NCBI GenBank assembly: GCA_963693365.1
Contig: CAVNZM010000005.1
Location: 3,471,716-3,535,715 of the forward strand
Origin: Amoebidium appalachense
Taxonomy: Eukaryota; Protista; Ichthyosporea
DNA: 64,000 bases
Direction of reading: 5' to 3'
The notes below the pieces were generated by a model. That model did no database searches, was not told the origin of the DNA, and was given only the letters and a program-made list of their open reading frames with translations. Both the position numbers and the translations under genes were made by a program. Shown here in pieces: positions 28,865 to 43,614 of this stretch; position 1 is the first letter of the stretch, and each line of letters starts with the position of its first letter.

Positions 28865-30039
28865 AATTGAACTACCTTCTTTTCAAGGATTTTGTTCAAT
28901 CACTTTCCCCCAAGTGTTCTGTTGTGCAGGAATCAGTAAAGCCCTCAAGTAGGTGGGTGAGCGAGATAACTAGTGCTTACTATCCCAGCTGATGTTTAAA
29001 GTTTTGTAAACTCTGAAACCTGTTCAAGTATTTTGTAGCACTGAGCCCTTGGTTTCACTTAGAACCCCACCTCTTTGTTCAACAAAAACCGGTGACTACA
29101 CGGTGCTGGTAATGTGACCAGCACACTCCTGCACAAACTAGTAAAATTTACTTGCCATTCGAACACATACCTCTACATAGTGTAAAGTGAATATTTACCC
29201 CCCCCCCCCCCCCCTCTTCCACCCCCTCCCCTCCCCTTCTACCCTTCCCCCCTCCCCCCCCCCGCCCCCCCTCCCCTCTCCACAAAAAAAAAAAATAAAA
29301 TTCCTGTGTGCTCCAAATACACAACACCTGCCTGGCCATTTCGAGTGTCGTGCCTCTGTACCCCCCCCCCCCCCTCCCCTCCCCCCCCCTCTCCCTCCCC
29401 CTCCCTAACCCCCCCGGCCCCAAAAACCCCTCAAACCCCCCCCCCCCCACCCCTCACACACACGCTGTGGCACACACACACACGCGCGCGCGCGCGGGTG
29501 CGCACACGCACACAGGCACGCACACAGACACACACACACAAGGAAAAAAGAAAGAAAGAAAGAAAGAAAGAAAAGAAAAGAAGAGAAAAGAAAAAAGGCC
29601 GATCTCTTTCTCCGATCCGGGCCGGAGCCGGAGGAGAAAGAAATGATCAAAAAAAGATAATCCCTGAAAGGAAAATTCAAAAAAGAACAACTTGCCCCGT
29701 TGTGCTTGGGTCTTCCCCCCCCCTCCCCACCCCCTCCCTCCTGCTTACCTTCCAGTTCTTCCTCCCTCGGTCTCCTTCCTCCCCCCCCCCCCCCCCCCCC
29801 CCCCCCCTCCTTCAAAAAATAAATAATATAAAATATAAAATAAAAAATAAGAAAAACCCCAAGGAAACAAAAAACACCACCGACACCACCATCCACTTCA
29901 AACCGTTATGTTTTGCATCAAGATCTAAGTCTTGCGAGAGAGATAAATATAAATATACTATCATACGATTATTAGTAATGATATGAGTAGTATATATATA
30001 TATATATATATACTATGATATATCATATATATATCATAT

Positions 30040-30106
<67 letters not shown>

Positions 30107-30333
30107 GGGGGGGGGGGGGGGGGGGGGGAGGGAGGAGCGTGAGAGAAAGAGTGAGAGAAAGTGAGAGGGTGTGTGTGAGAGAAAGAGAGACTCGAGATAT
30201 TGTGAGCGAACAGGGAGGGAGAGCCTGGTGATGGATACAGTATTTGGAAGGGAAGACAGGAAGAGCGGGAGGTGAGGTAGGGTTTTGATGCCCGCGGGGG
30301 GGGGGGGGGGGGGGGGGGGGAGGCGAGGAGGAT

Positions 30334-30434
<101 letters not shown>

Positions 30435-30613
30435 CCCGGAAGTTGGGGGTGTACCAGTGTGTGTGTGTGGGTGGGTGGGGGCCCCCGGGGTGGGAGTGGG
30501 GTGGGGGGTGGGGGGTGGGGGGTGGGGGGAGGGGGGGGGGGGGGGAGGGGGGAGGGGCACCGTGGGGGATGGTAGTGTGAGTTGGCTGCCGTCATAGCGA
30601 CTGTATAATAGAT

Positions 30614-30754
30614 TGGGGGGGGTTTACGCTGTTTACTCGAGGCAAAGAGAACCAGTCTCAGGTATGGGGGGGGGGGGTTTTGCTCGGAATATCCCCTCAG
30701 CGGTATATCATGATCACGTACATAGATGTCGGGTGGTGACTATATATCAGGGTT
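30614..30754. repeat. ~135-bp dispersed repeat, copy 1 (copy 2 at 38118-38250)
   Basis: Near-identical direct repeat GGGGTTTACGCTGTTTACTCGAGG...ACTATATATCAGGGTT. Confidence 0.9.
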
Positions 30755-30844
30755 AGATAATTGTAATCGAATATCTATTATTGTAAACGGTGGTGAGGGA
30801 CTGTCGCTATGTAGTCTGGCTTTTTTGGAGATAGTTCTAACCCC

Positions 30845-31065
30845 AAAAGGCAGCGGTGCTGAATTAGACCTCAACAGTGGGTTCAAAATAAATGCCTCCG
30901 TGAGGGGATGGGGGGGAGGGGAGAGGGGTGGGGGGGGTAGACGAGAACTTCGGTGGGTGGGTGCGTGGGGGGAGAGGGGATGGGGAGCGGTGGGTGAGGA
31001 GGGTAGACGGAGGGGTGAAAAAATGGTGTAAGGGGAGGAGCTCGAGCCTGGGGGAACCTCTGGAA

Positions 31066-31096
<31 letters not shown>

Positions 31097-31916
31097 GGGG
31101 TGTTATTTTGTGTGGGTAAACGGAGAAGCAGAGAGCACAGATGGGTGTTATGATATACACAACACAGAGACACACGGGAAAAACACAACCGGAGAGGTGG
31201 AACGATTTCTGGAACCATAGGAAATGAATACGACTGCTTGAGATTTATTCCAAGATGAAGTCCCTTTTATACTTGGGAATGTGAAACGATAAACCAATCA
31301 AAAGAACGAAAACTATGAGTGTAAAATATATCGATGAAAATGTCTGTCGACACATAGAATATAAAACTCAATCCTCTAATGAAAGAAACTTCTAATAAAA
31401 GCACGGAAACATTTAACAAAATGAAACCACTTATGTAACTATTAATTCATAACATACATTTATACATGTTCTTATCATAACACGTCTAAATATAATTATT
31501 CCTAATAGTTGGAGAACATAGCACAATGCTACGTCGTGAGAAAGGAATGAGAAAGGAATGTAAGTTACTATATTTGGGAAAATACAAACGAGATATGATT
31601 GGATGACATATATAGATTTTGACGCAAACGACAATACGTGTGCGCGAGCTAAGTATGTCGATACGTACACAGATCTAAGATGTCCTGTACACGGAAACAG
31701 AAAAGAAAGAAAGAAAGAAATGAAGAAAGGAAAAGGAAACAAACTACAACAACTAATAAATAAATACAAAACTCAACTTCTAAGTCTTGCTGAGAATCCA
31801 GTGAAGATGACAAGGAGGGGGGGGAGAGGGCTCGTATCCGGGTAATGCGCGCACACACGTGGGCTACCCCACCCCCACCCCCCACCCCCTAGCACTCTCC
31901 CACCCCGGAGCCCCCT

Positions 31917-31952
<36 letters not shown>

Positions 31953-32262
31953 AAGAAAAAAAAAGAACCTGAAAAAATAAACCGAAAAGATCATTGAATA
32001 TGAAGAAAATTACTCCCCCAGCTACTCCTTTTGGGGGCCCTCTCTCCCTGTGCCACGCGTTCCCTCCCCAAAAATCCCCCCGTCGGCTTCCCCTCGGTGA
32101 CTAGCCTCCCCCCCCCCCCCCCACCCCCTAACGCCCCCTCCCCTCCCCCCCCCCCCCCCCCCTCCCCCTCCACACACACACACACACACACACACCACCA
32201 CCATCACCACCGCCGCCACCACCACCAAGACATACACACATGGACACCGTGGCACCGTGAAA
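30845..32262. repeat. Diverged duplicated segment (blocks match ~37021-37200 and ~37394-37725)
   Basis: Colinear shared blocks include GCGGTGCTGAAT..AGACCTCA, GTAGACGAGAACTTCGGTGGGTGG, CCCAGCTAC and GACACCGTGGCACCGTGA. Confidence 0.75.
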
Positions 32263-32701
32263 ACCAACATGCGCCGTGAAATTTAGATCATAGTAGCAAA
32301 AAACAGTATAAAAAAACGGGTTTACACGATCATATTTTGGGAAACGGTGGGAGCACTGCCCCTCGTGTACGCGTGCCAGTGGCTTACTATGTTTTCCAGC
32401 ACGGCCACGCATTAGACGAGGGATGCCGCAGGTGTCCCCGAGCGATACATACAACGGATTTACAGAATAACTATACACCCATGGCACAGTTGGGTGGGAG
32501 CCTGGAAAAGAAAGAAAAAGCTAAAACTACCAAATCAAAATTAGCCAAATTTAGGAGAAAACCATAACAAAGAACCCTTCCAATTGCAAATTAGGGGTCT
32601 CCGCTGGAAGTGTATTGCGAAAAGCTAAGGTCTCCTAAGGTCTCTGGGGGGAGTACCTCCGTGAGCAAACCACATTTAACGAGACAAACCCTATTAAAGG
32701 G

Positions 32702-33152
32702 CCCAACCACATCGGCTGAGTCCACTTGCTCCGAGTAGAAAAGCCAGAGTTATTCTGTAGAAAGCAGAATTTTTCTGCTCTAAAAGCAGAATTATTCAGC
32801 AAAAGCAGATTTATTCTGCAAAAGCAGAATCAATCTGCTAAAAGCATGATCAATCTGCTAAAAGCAGAATCAATCCGCTAAAAGCAGAATCAATCCGCTA
32901 AAAGCAGAATTATTCTGCTGTCGAAAGCAGATAAATTCTGCTTTTTGTGAAATAATTCTCCAAAAGCAGAATAATTCTGCTAAAAGCAGATCTGATTCTG
33001 CCAAAAGCAGAGTGATTCTGCTTTTGCGGAATAATTCTGCTAAAAGCAGAGTGATTCTGCTTTTGCAGAATAATTCTGCTTTTTTTGCAGAATAATTCGG
33101 CTTTGCAGAATAATTCTGCATTTCGCAAGTTGACTCTGCCGATGTGGTTGGG
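32702..33152. mobile_element. Non-autonomous foldback/MITE-like element with an internal palindromic AAAAGCAGAATnATTCTGCT minisatellite
   Basis: ~28-bp imperfect TIRs CCCAACCACATCGGCTGAGTCCACTTGC / GCAAGTTGACTCTGCCGATGTGGTTGGG enclose ~19-20-bp units in both orientations. TTAA occurs at 32694 and 33183. Confidence 0.75.
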
Positions 33153-33614
33153 TACCAGAGCACGAGTACATTTAGTGGGCCTTTAAGTATTCATTAGAAA
33201 ACGATTACAATGCCAAGCTAAAGCCATTAAATTTTGCACGTTACGGCCGTCCACTATGTCTTTAAGAAATGCGTCTATCTGACATATATGCACGTGCCAA
33301 GGTGGGCCCGGATTCCTACCCCCCCCCCCCCCCCCTGGCCATGGGCCCCTCCCCGGGCCCCCCCGTCCCCCCCCCCCCCCCCCGGGCCGGCCCCCCCCCC
33401 CCCCCCGCGCCAGCACACCCTACTGGATCTAGGGGGAGAGGATGGAAGAGGGGAAAGGGGGTAGGTTTTTTCAATTATATCTTTTTTGGGGGGGAGGGGG
33501 GTGCCGGAGTAACCAAGACCACACCCAAATGGCTTGCCAACTGAATTGATTTATTTTAGCCTCGTGTCGGGTTTTTATACCCGCAGATCTGAATTCTAGA
33601 TTCAGTGATCTATG

Positions 33615-34886
33615 TCTAAAGAATGGAAAGACACCTGAACAGTATGTTTGTAGTCCGTTCCGAGACTTGCCAGACTGACCTTCCGAGGTCTGTCTACCGT
33701 GTTTTATTTGCAGGTGCATAGACATCAAGATATCAGCGTGGATGGATATCCACCAACGTGAATATCGGTTTCGCTTCTCGGCGAGTAGTCGACGAGTGCT
33801 CATCAGCACATCCCCCGCACAAAGAAGTCTGGCTTCGTTCCTGAAGCCTACCTTGTGCATCTTTGAGAGATGAGCGCACTCTTTCAATAAAAACTAAATT
33901 CTATGTATTCTATATATTGACTATTCCACTGTATCTATTCCATTATACTATTCTAGGTGAGTGGGTTTTGTTTGTGGAGTCTGCCACTAAACTCCAGGTT
34001 TTAGGGGGAAAACACTCTCACTGGCAGAAACCCCAAGGGCTCTACTCCTAGTCCCTTTTCGTGAACAATGAGCACATGGTCATGCTAGTCCAGCTAGCTT
34101 TTCTAGACCAGAGAGCGGGCGTGTGTGGTTTTGTGCCATTGTTTTGAGAATCGTTGTGGTATGCTGTGCCATCGCATCTGCATGGCTCGCATCTCAAACC
34201 ACTGTTTGTTGGTTTTTTTGTTTTTGTTTTTTTGTTATAAGTCGTGGTACTACAAGTCTGTATGTACCGTGGCCATTGCCCAGAATCTGTTGGGTTTTCA
34301 GCCAGCAATAAAGCATGGAACGCCTTTACACTTACATCTTTCGAGTTCTTAGAAAGTTAGGTCTGTTAGTTAGGGTTGCTCAAGTCTGTAGCACCCTACT
34401 ACGTTCTTCTCTTTCTTTCCCTTTTGGATGCTCATGCAAGTGCGTCTCATTGCAGTATTGTCAGCTGTCTGCGCGACAAATTCTTGACAGGTCGCCAAAG
34501 CGTGATGGATGGCGGAGGCTTGCAGAGTTCTGGCAGTCGTAAAGTTTTGGCAGCGTCAGAGTGTGGAAGCGTGGAGAAGGAGAGAAACGAGAAGCGCGCT
34601 GCTGTAGTTCGTCTACTACTGCAGATGTCGTGCGCCATGAGTTCTTGCGCAGTGGACTCGGAAGAGCAAGATCCAAAAAGTCTGCTACCATCTAAAGAAT
34701 GGAAAGACACCTGAACAGTATGTTTGTAGTCCGTTCCGAGACTTGCCAGACTGACCTTCCGAGGTCTGTCTACCGTGTTTTATTTGCAGGTGCATAGACA
34801 TCAAGATATCAGCGTGGATGGATATCCACCAACGTGAATATCGGTTTCGCTTCTCGGCGAGTAGTCGACGAGTGCTCATCAGCACA
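33615..34886 (-). mobile_element. Small non-coding LTR retrotransposon (TRIM/retrozyme-like) nested in the Copia LTR
   Basis: Two apparently identical 196-bp LTRs (33615-33810, 34691-34886); 4-bp TSD TATG; PBS TGGTAGCAGA, complementary to an initiator tRNA-Met 3' end; PPT GCGGGGGA; 880-bp internal region with no long ORF. Confidence 0.92.
33709..33819 (-). ncRNA. Candidate type I hammerhead ribozyme at the PPT/3'-LTR junction (core repeated at 34797-34882)
   Basis: Minus strand: CTGATGA - stem II GCACTCGTCGACTACTCGCCGAGAAGC - GAAA - long stem III - GTC. Stem I is TGCGGGGGATGTG / TATGCACCTGCA, which is rich in G-U pairs. Confidence 0.5.
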
Positions 34887-35273
34887 TATGGAACAATCGA
34901 ATGACCAATCAAAGCATTAGCCAATCAATCATAGCCAACTTAACCGCTATGCATTCCAAACAAGATCCAGAACCGACTGATGTGGCATTGAGCCTATCCG
35001 TGAACGATGATCACGTCTACTGAATCCACACGTACGGCACACGTACGGACACGTACGTCTGTGTCTATACGCTACACACAAACTGAGCTACACGTGCTAG
35101 AAGCATTGCACTATTCTCGGAATGCCAATGCTTAAACCATCACGCACACATGATGTACTAGACTGATGAACTGATATATGTTTGATATGCCGTATGAGCA
35201 CAATAATATCGATTATTATTCTGACCATATCTTCTTCTTGATGGTATCCCCCTCTAACGTCCCTCCATTTGCA

Positions 35274-35986
35274 TCAGCATAGATAGCCCATGAGCACCTG
35301 CTCCTCTCTCATTAAGCGCTCGACCACTCTGTCGATACTCCGCTCGTTGTCACCGGATGCTTCCAAAGCTGATACCGCCACGCGGAAACGTTTGGGCAGG
35401 CTGTCCGTAAACACTGCAATCAGCAGCTCCGCATCAATCTCCTTCAAGTTGATGCCCGCGTCAATCAACAGCAAAGCGATTGCGTTGAAGCGCCCGTACT
35501 ACTCAGCAAAAGACTCGTGAGCTTGCATCTGCATACGCAAAAGCTGGCGCCACAGTGTAGACTTGCGTGAACCCGCACTCATGCGGTGAACTTGCCGTAA
35601 CTTGGCCCACATGTCAGCAGGGTGATCGGATGCTAAGCCGGTCAGGTGTTGTAGTTGCTCGTCTGACAGTGTCATGATGATGAGCGCCCGTGCCAAATCG
35701 CAGCGGTTCTCATAGCACACAAGCTCGGTGCTGTCCACAGTGTTAGTCGTGGTCGTCTCGGTTGTAGTGGCCGCACACTCTCCTCTTCACCACTGCCCTG
35801 CTCCGACGCTGGTGACACCTCTGTGACACCTGGCGCCTTCTCAGTGCCGTTAATGACGTTCCACACATAATTCACAATAAAGGCGGATTTCATGCGAAAC
35901 TCGTACACTGCAAAATTGTCTCCCTCACTGAGGCGAATCCTCTCAATCCCGATAGGCCTCTTGAAGCTCGCATCAGTAGACGCCAT
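35274..35986 (-). pseudogene. Copia-type gag remnant (frameshift plus stop codon)
   Basis: LSEGDNFAVYEFRMKSAF..VWNVING, ARALIIMTLSDEQL..MWAKL and DSLPKRFRVAVSALE resemble Copia gag (UBN2-type) motifs, spread over three ORF fragments. Confidence 0.85.
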
Positions 35987-37338
35987 TTTTCAGAAATTGG
36001 TATACCCAGAAACTCTCTCAGAAACGCGCACAGAATTGGCAAAAAAGCCCGGCAGAAGATTGCCAAAAACGCCAAACAAGGCAGCACGACGTTGGGCCTC
36101 CATCCTCAGAAGAAGTGCAGCAAAAAGCAGCACAGCAACGACCACTCTCGGCGGCCCACCGGACGTAAGCTGGCGCAGCAAAGGGGTGCGAACTAAGGTC
36201 TAAGGATCCTTTGGATTCGCGAATGCCGGAGTAACCAAGACCACACCCAAATGCCTTGCCAACTGGAGATAGTATTTTAGCCTCGTGTCGGGTTTTTATA
36301 GCCGCAGATCTGAATCCTAGATTCAGTGATCTATGGAACAATCGAATTACCAATCAAAGCAATTAGCCAATCAATCATAGCCACCTTAACCGCTATGCAT
36401 TCCAAACAAGATCCAGAACACACTGACGTGGCACTGAGCCTATCCGTTAATCAATCACGTCTACTGAATTCACACGTACGGCACACGTACGGCATGTACG
36501 CCTGCCAGGTGTCTATACGCTACACACAAACTGAGCTACACGTGCTAGAAGCATGGCACTATTCTCGGAATGCCAATGCTTAAACCATCACGCACACATG
36601 ATGTACTACATTGATGAACTGATATATGTTTGATATGCCGTATGAGCACAATAATATCTAATAATATTCTGACAGGGGGGAGGGGGGAGGAGGGCGGGAG
36701 GCGGCCCGGAGGGGTGTAGATAAAGTCTTTTTTGGGCTGGCGGAATGGCTGAAGGGTGCCTCGGTGAGGGGCACTATTCTATACTACACGACCTTGTCAC
36801 CATCACACGCGTGATCCCGCCACCCCAAATCCCACAGCCCCACCACACTACGCCAAATCCCCCTCACTCGACATGTACAGGGAAAATTTCGTAACCGGTC
36901 CCCCTTAGCTTTTTGAAATCTTTGAAAATTAGCACGGCCCACCGAGTTCTTTTGTAAATTGTTTGACGGGCTCAGTCTACATAGAAAGCAGGTATATATC
37001 TCTTTTGGGCCGATACCACCAAAAGGAAGCGGTGCTGAATGAGACCTCATCATCACAAAATGGGCTCAAACCAAATGCCTCGGTGAGGGGGGTGGGATGC
37101 GGGGGGCTAGGGGGGGGGGGGGGGAGGGGGGGAGTAGACGAGAACTTCGGTGGGTGGGGGGGTGGGGGGGGGGGGAGGGTAGACGAAGGGGTGAAAAAAG
37201 GAGGAAGAGGGGAGTCCACGGCGGGGGAGGGGGGGAGGAGGAGGTCTCGGATTCGGAGATGCGCGCATGTACGTGAGCTGACCCCCACCCTCCAGTGGCA
37301 CCCCCTAGCTATAGCACTCTAAAAACCCGGAGCCTCTT

Positions 37339-37388
<50 letters not shown>

Positions 37389-38117
37389 AAAAAAAAGATC
37401 AACGACTATGATATTAAGAACATTACTTACCCCAGCTACAGTCCTCCGGGAGGCCCTCTCCCCCGGTGCCATCCTGCGCCTCCCCAAAAATCCTCCTCTC
37501 GAGCTCGGTCGCCCCCGAGTCGGTGGCTGGGCCTCCCCTCTCCCCCCCTCCCCCCCCCCCCCCCCCTCTCGGTCCCCCCTCCCCCCTCCCCCCTCCCCCC
37601 CTCCCCTCCCCTCCCCCCCCCCCCCCCCTCAAAAAAAAAAATACAAAAAAACACACACACCACCACCACCACCAAGCTCGTGGCAAGACACACACACATG
37701 GCCATTGACACCGTGGCACCGTGATAACTTCGGTCGACATTGGCACCATGGAATTGAGATATTCAAAAAAACAAAACTGTTCAAGCTGAGACATTCGTGA
37801 GTCGTAACTCCCCAGGCTGTGAAATTAATAGGTGTATTATGGTCACAGAATTGTCCTGAAACCTCGAAAATCTCCCCAACTTCTTAAGTTAGGTCCGTTA
37901 GGTCCATTAATTTTCCAACCGTTCCCTAATACAGCCAAAACTATTGAAAAAAAATACATCCAGGCAGAGGAATAGTAGCTGAAATGGCACCAGCCAAAAA
38001 CGAATTTCACACCCCGTGACACGTTCTGACTGTCTGAAAACATGTGCGCGTGCACCCTGAGGACAATCATCGAACTGGATAAAGTCACGATTCCAAATTA
38101 TTCTCAACACATGTATT

Positions 38118-38250
38118 TGGGGTTTACGCTGTTTACTCGAGGCAAAGAGAGACCAGTCTCAGGTATGGGGGGTTTTTGCTCGGAATATCCCCTCAGCGGT
38201 ATATCATGATCACGTACATAGATGTCGGGTGATGACTATATATCAGGGTT
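38118..38250. repeat. ~135-bp dispersed repeat, copy 2
   Basis: Direct match to 30614-30754. Confidence 0.9.
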
Positions 38251-38425
38251 TACTTTCTCTACGAGACACCATAAAGACTAAGAAAAATCAATTAGTTGGG
38301 GTTCCCCGGTTTTTTTTTTTTTTTTTTTTTTTTGGGAGGGGGGGGTTGGGGGGGTTGCCGAAGGGGAGGGGGGGGGGGGGGGGGGGGGGGGGAGGGGCTC
38401 CCCTGGGATACTCGGTATCAGCCGG

Positions 38426-38497
<72 letters not shown>

Positions 38498-40404
38498 GTG
38501 CGTGCCACGTGCGTGCGTGTGTGTGTGTGTGTGTGTGCGCTAGAATTTTTTAGTGATATGTTTCTCAAGCCAATCAACACATCTAATAAACAGGTCGTAG
38601 TTACGCGTGTTTAGTATAAAATCAAGGATGTTGTAATTTACAGGTAGGCTATCTTTCTGGGTGTCTGTTGTGAATGTGACGTGTGTGTGTTGCGGTATTA
38701 TGTGGTCTATCACACTACATTTGGCGATACATGACCGTTTAAACTGGTGTGTGTTGTGTGTGTTGTTTGGGCATGCAAACGATGCCACCTTATACTTATT
38801 AGATCTCCACTGTATAGCACGTGTACAGTAAAAGCGTGGTAATTCATCAATAATACCGGGCCATCAGCTAGAGAAAGACCAGTTCTACAGGAAGGTAATA
38901 TGTATTTAGGTGTTATACATTTGCCAGTGCCATATTTGGTAATATGGTCAAGGCGGTCATTATATATAAAACGAGACATAAGGGCTTAGTTTTTCAAGGT
39001 GTCTGCTTTCATCGGGTCTAGTGTTGTGTGGTATCTTTTTCCATTTGTTATATTGCGTGATTATCTTGTGATTGTGTACATGTTTAATAAGTAAGTGGCA
39101 GTCCAAAGTCACACGCACACTTTTGCGGGGTTTATTTGTATTTGTGCCCGGAGGAGAAGGAGAGAGAGAGGGAAGGAAAGAGGGGAGAGGTGTGGAGGGG
39201 ACAGGTCGGATAGAGAAGAGAGGGTGGGAGGGCAAATACTTCTTTACGCGGCTTATGTGCTTATTGAATTTCAGCGCGAGATGGGATACTCTAGCAACTA
39301 TTGGGACCAGACCATATATCAAGAGCGTTACAGGCCCAGGTTTACAACAGCTGTTAGATAGAAAGGAGGCAACTTCTGCTTCAAGGAAATTTGCCAAGGG
39401 TTTAAGCGCTCTAGTTCTCTCTTTCTTGATCCAAGCGGTGAGAAGGGGTAAACCATATTCACATGCCGGGAAGACAAAAGAGCGAATAAATCTAAGTCTA
39501 GTAGAAGGATGGAGGGGTGTGTCTTTAAAAATATTAGCCGAGAAACCGAGAAGAAAGCTAACCGCTTACGAGCCAACTCTACCCTCTTTTCGACCAAATG
39601 GGAAAACATAACACCAACAGAATTAACCGGAACACCAAGATATTTGTATTCTGGAACTATAGGTACAGGTTTAGATGATAATATAAAGGTGTGTAAATTG
39701 TTAGCTATATCAGGTACAAGAACACCACATTTGTCTATGTTAAGGATAATCAGGTTTGCCTTGCACCACTCTGACACTACATTGAACAATCTTTGCAGGC
39801 GTCTAGGGGTATGGGCAAGGAGGGACAGGTCATCAGCATAGAGAAGTGCAGGCGGAAAGTTATTAATAGGGTCATCATTTTCGGCATAAATCTTGACAGC
39901 CAAATCATCTATAAATAGGTTAAACAAAAAGGGGCTAAGCAATGAACCCTGCAAGAGACCTCTAGTACGAGCAAAACCATATGAAAGATGCCCATTAACC
40001 ACAGCTCTACCATAGGTTTGAGAAAGAGTGCTTCTAACAGAACACCAATGCGGTGTGGTACACCCCTAACACGTACTGACGTGTTGCCGCACGTGCGACG
40101 TCATACATCTACTCAGTTAAAAAAAAAAAAAAAAAAAAAAAAAAGAAAGGGGACACCGCCTCAGTAGGTGGTAGGTTACACCCCGTGCAGCAAGCTTTTC
40201 CCATAGGAGACTAGGGGAGACAGAATCGTATTACTGCAGTTTTCCAATCAATAAAGCCAACATATCGTGCACCAACCTGAACTTGCATAGAATCGTGCAG
40301 TGCCGTTATTTGAACATAACATGAATTGTTTTTACGAAAAGCGGATTGGCATGGGTGTATGTGAAGAATAGATTGAAACCTAGGGTGATGTGCAAATAAC
40401 CTAA

Positions 40405-43584
<3,180 letters not shown>

Positions 43585-43614
43585 TAAGTAAGCAAGCTTC
43601 AAAGAATCTACGAA

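Larger units (their letters stand above)
33502..36674 (-). mobile_element. Non-autonomous (gag-only) Ty1/Copia-like LTR retrotransposon
   Basis: LTR 36224-36674 (TG...CA); the second LTR is 33502-33614 + 34891-35226, split by a nested element. G-runs on both flanks are compatible with a GGGGG TSD. The internal ~1 kb carries only a gag remnant. Confidence 0.88.

Noticed and set aside
32740-33120. CRISPR-like regularly spaced repeats
   Set aside because: There are no unique spacers and no cas genes; this is a eukaryotic minisatellite inside TIRs.
30614-38250. One large LTR element bounded by the 135-bp repeats
   Set aside because: No PBS, PPT, TSD or own coding remnant was found.
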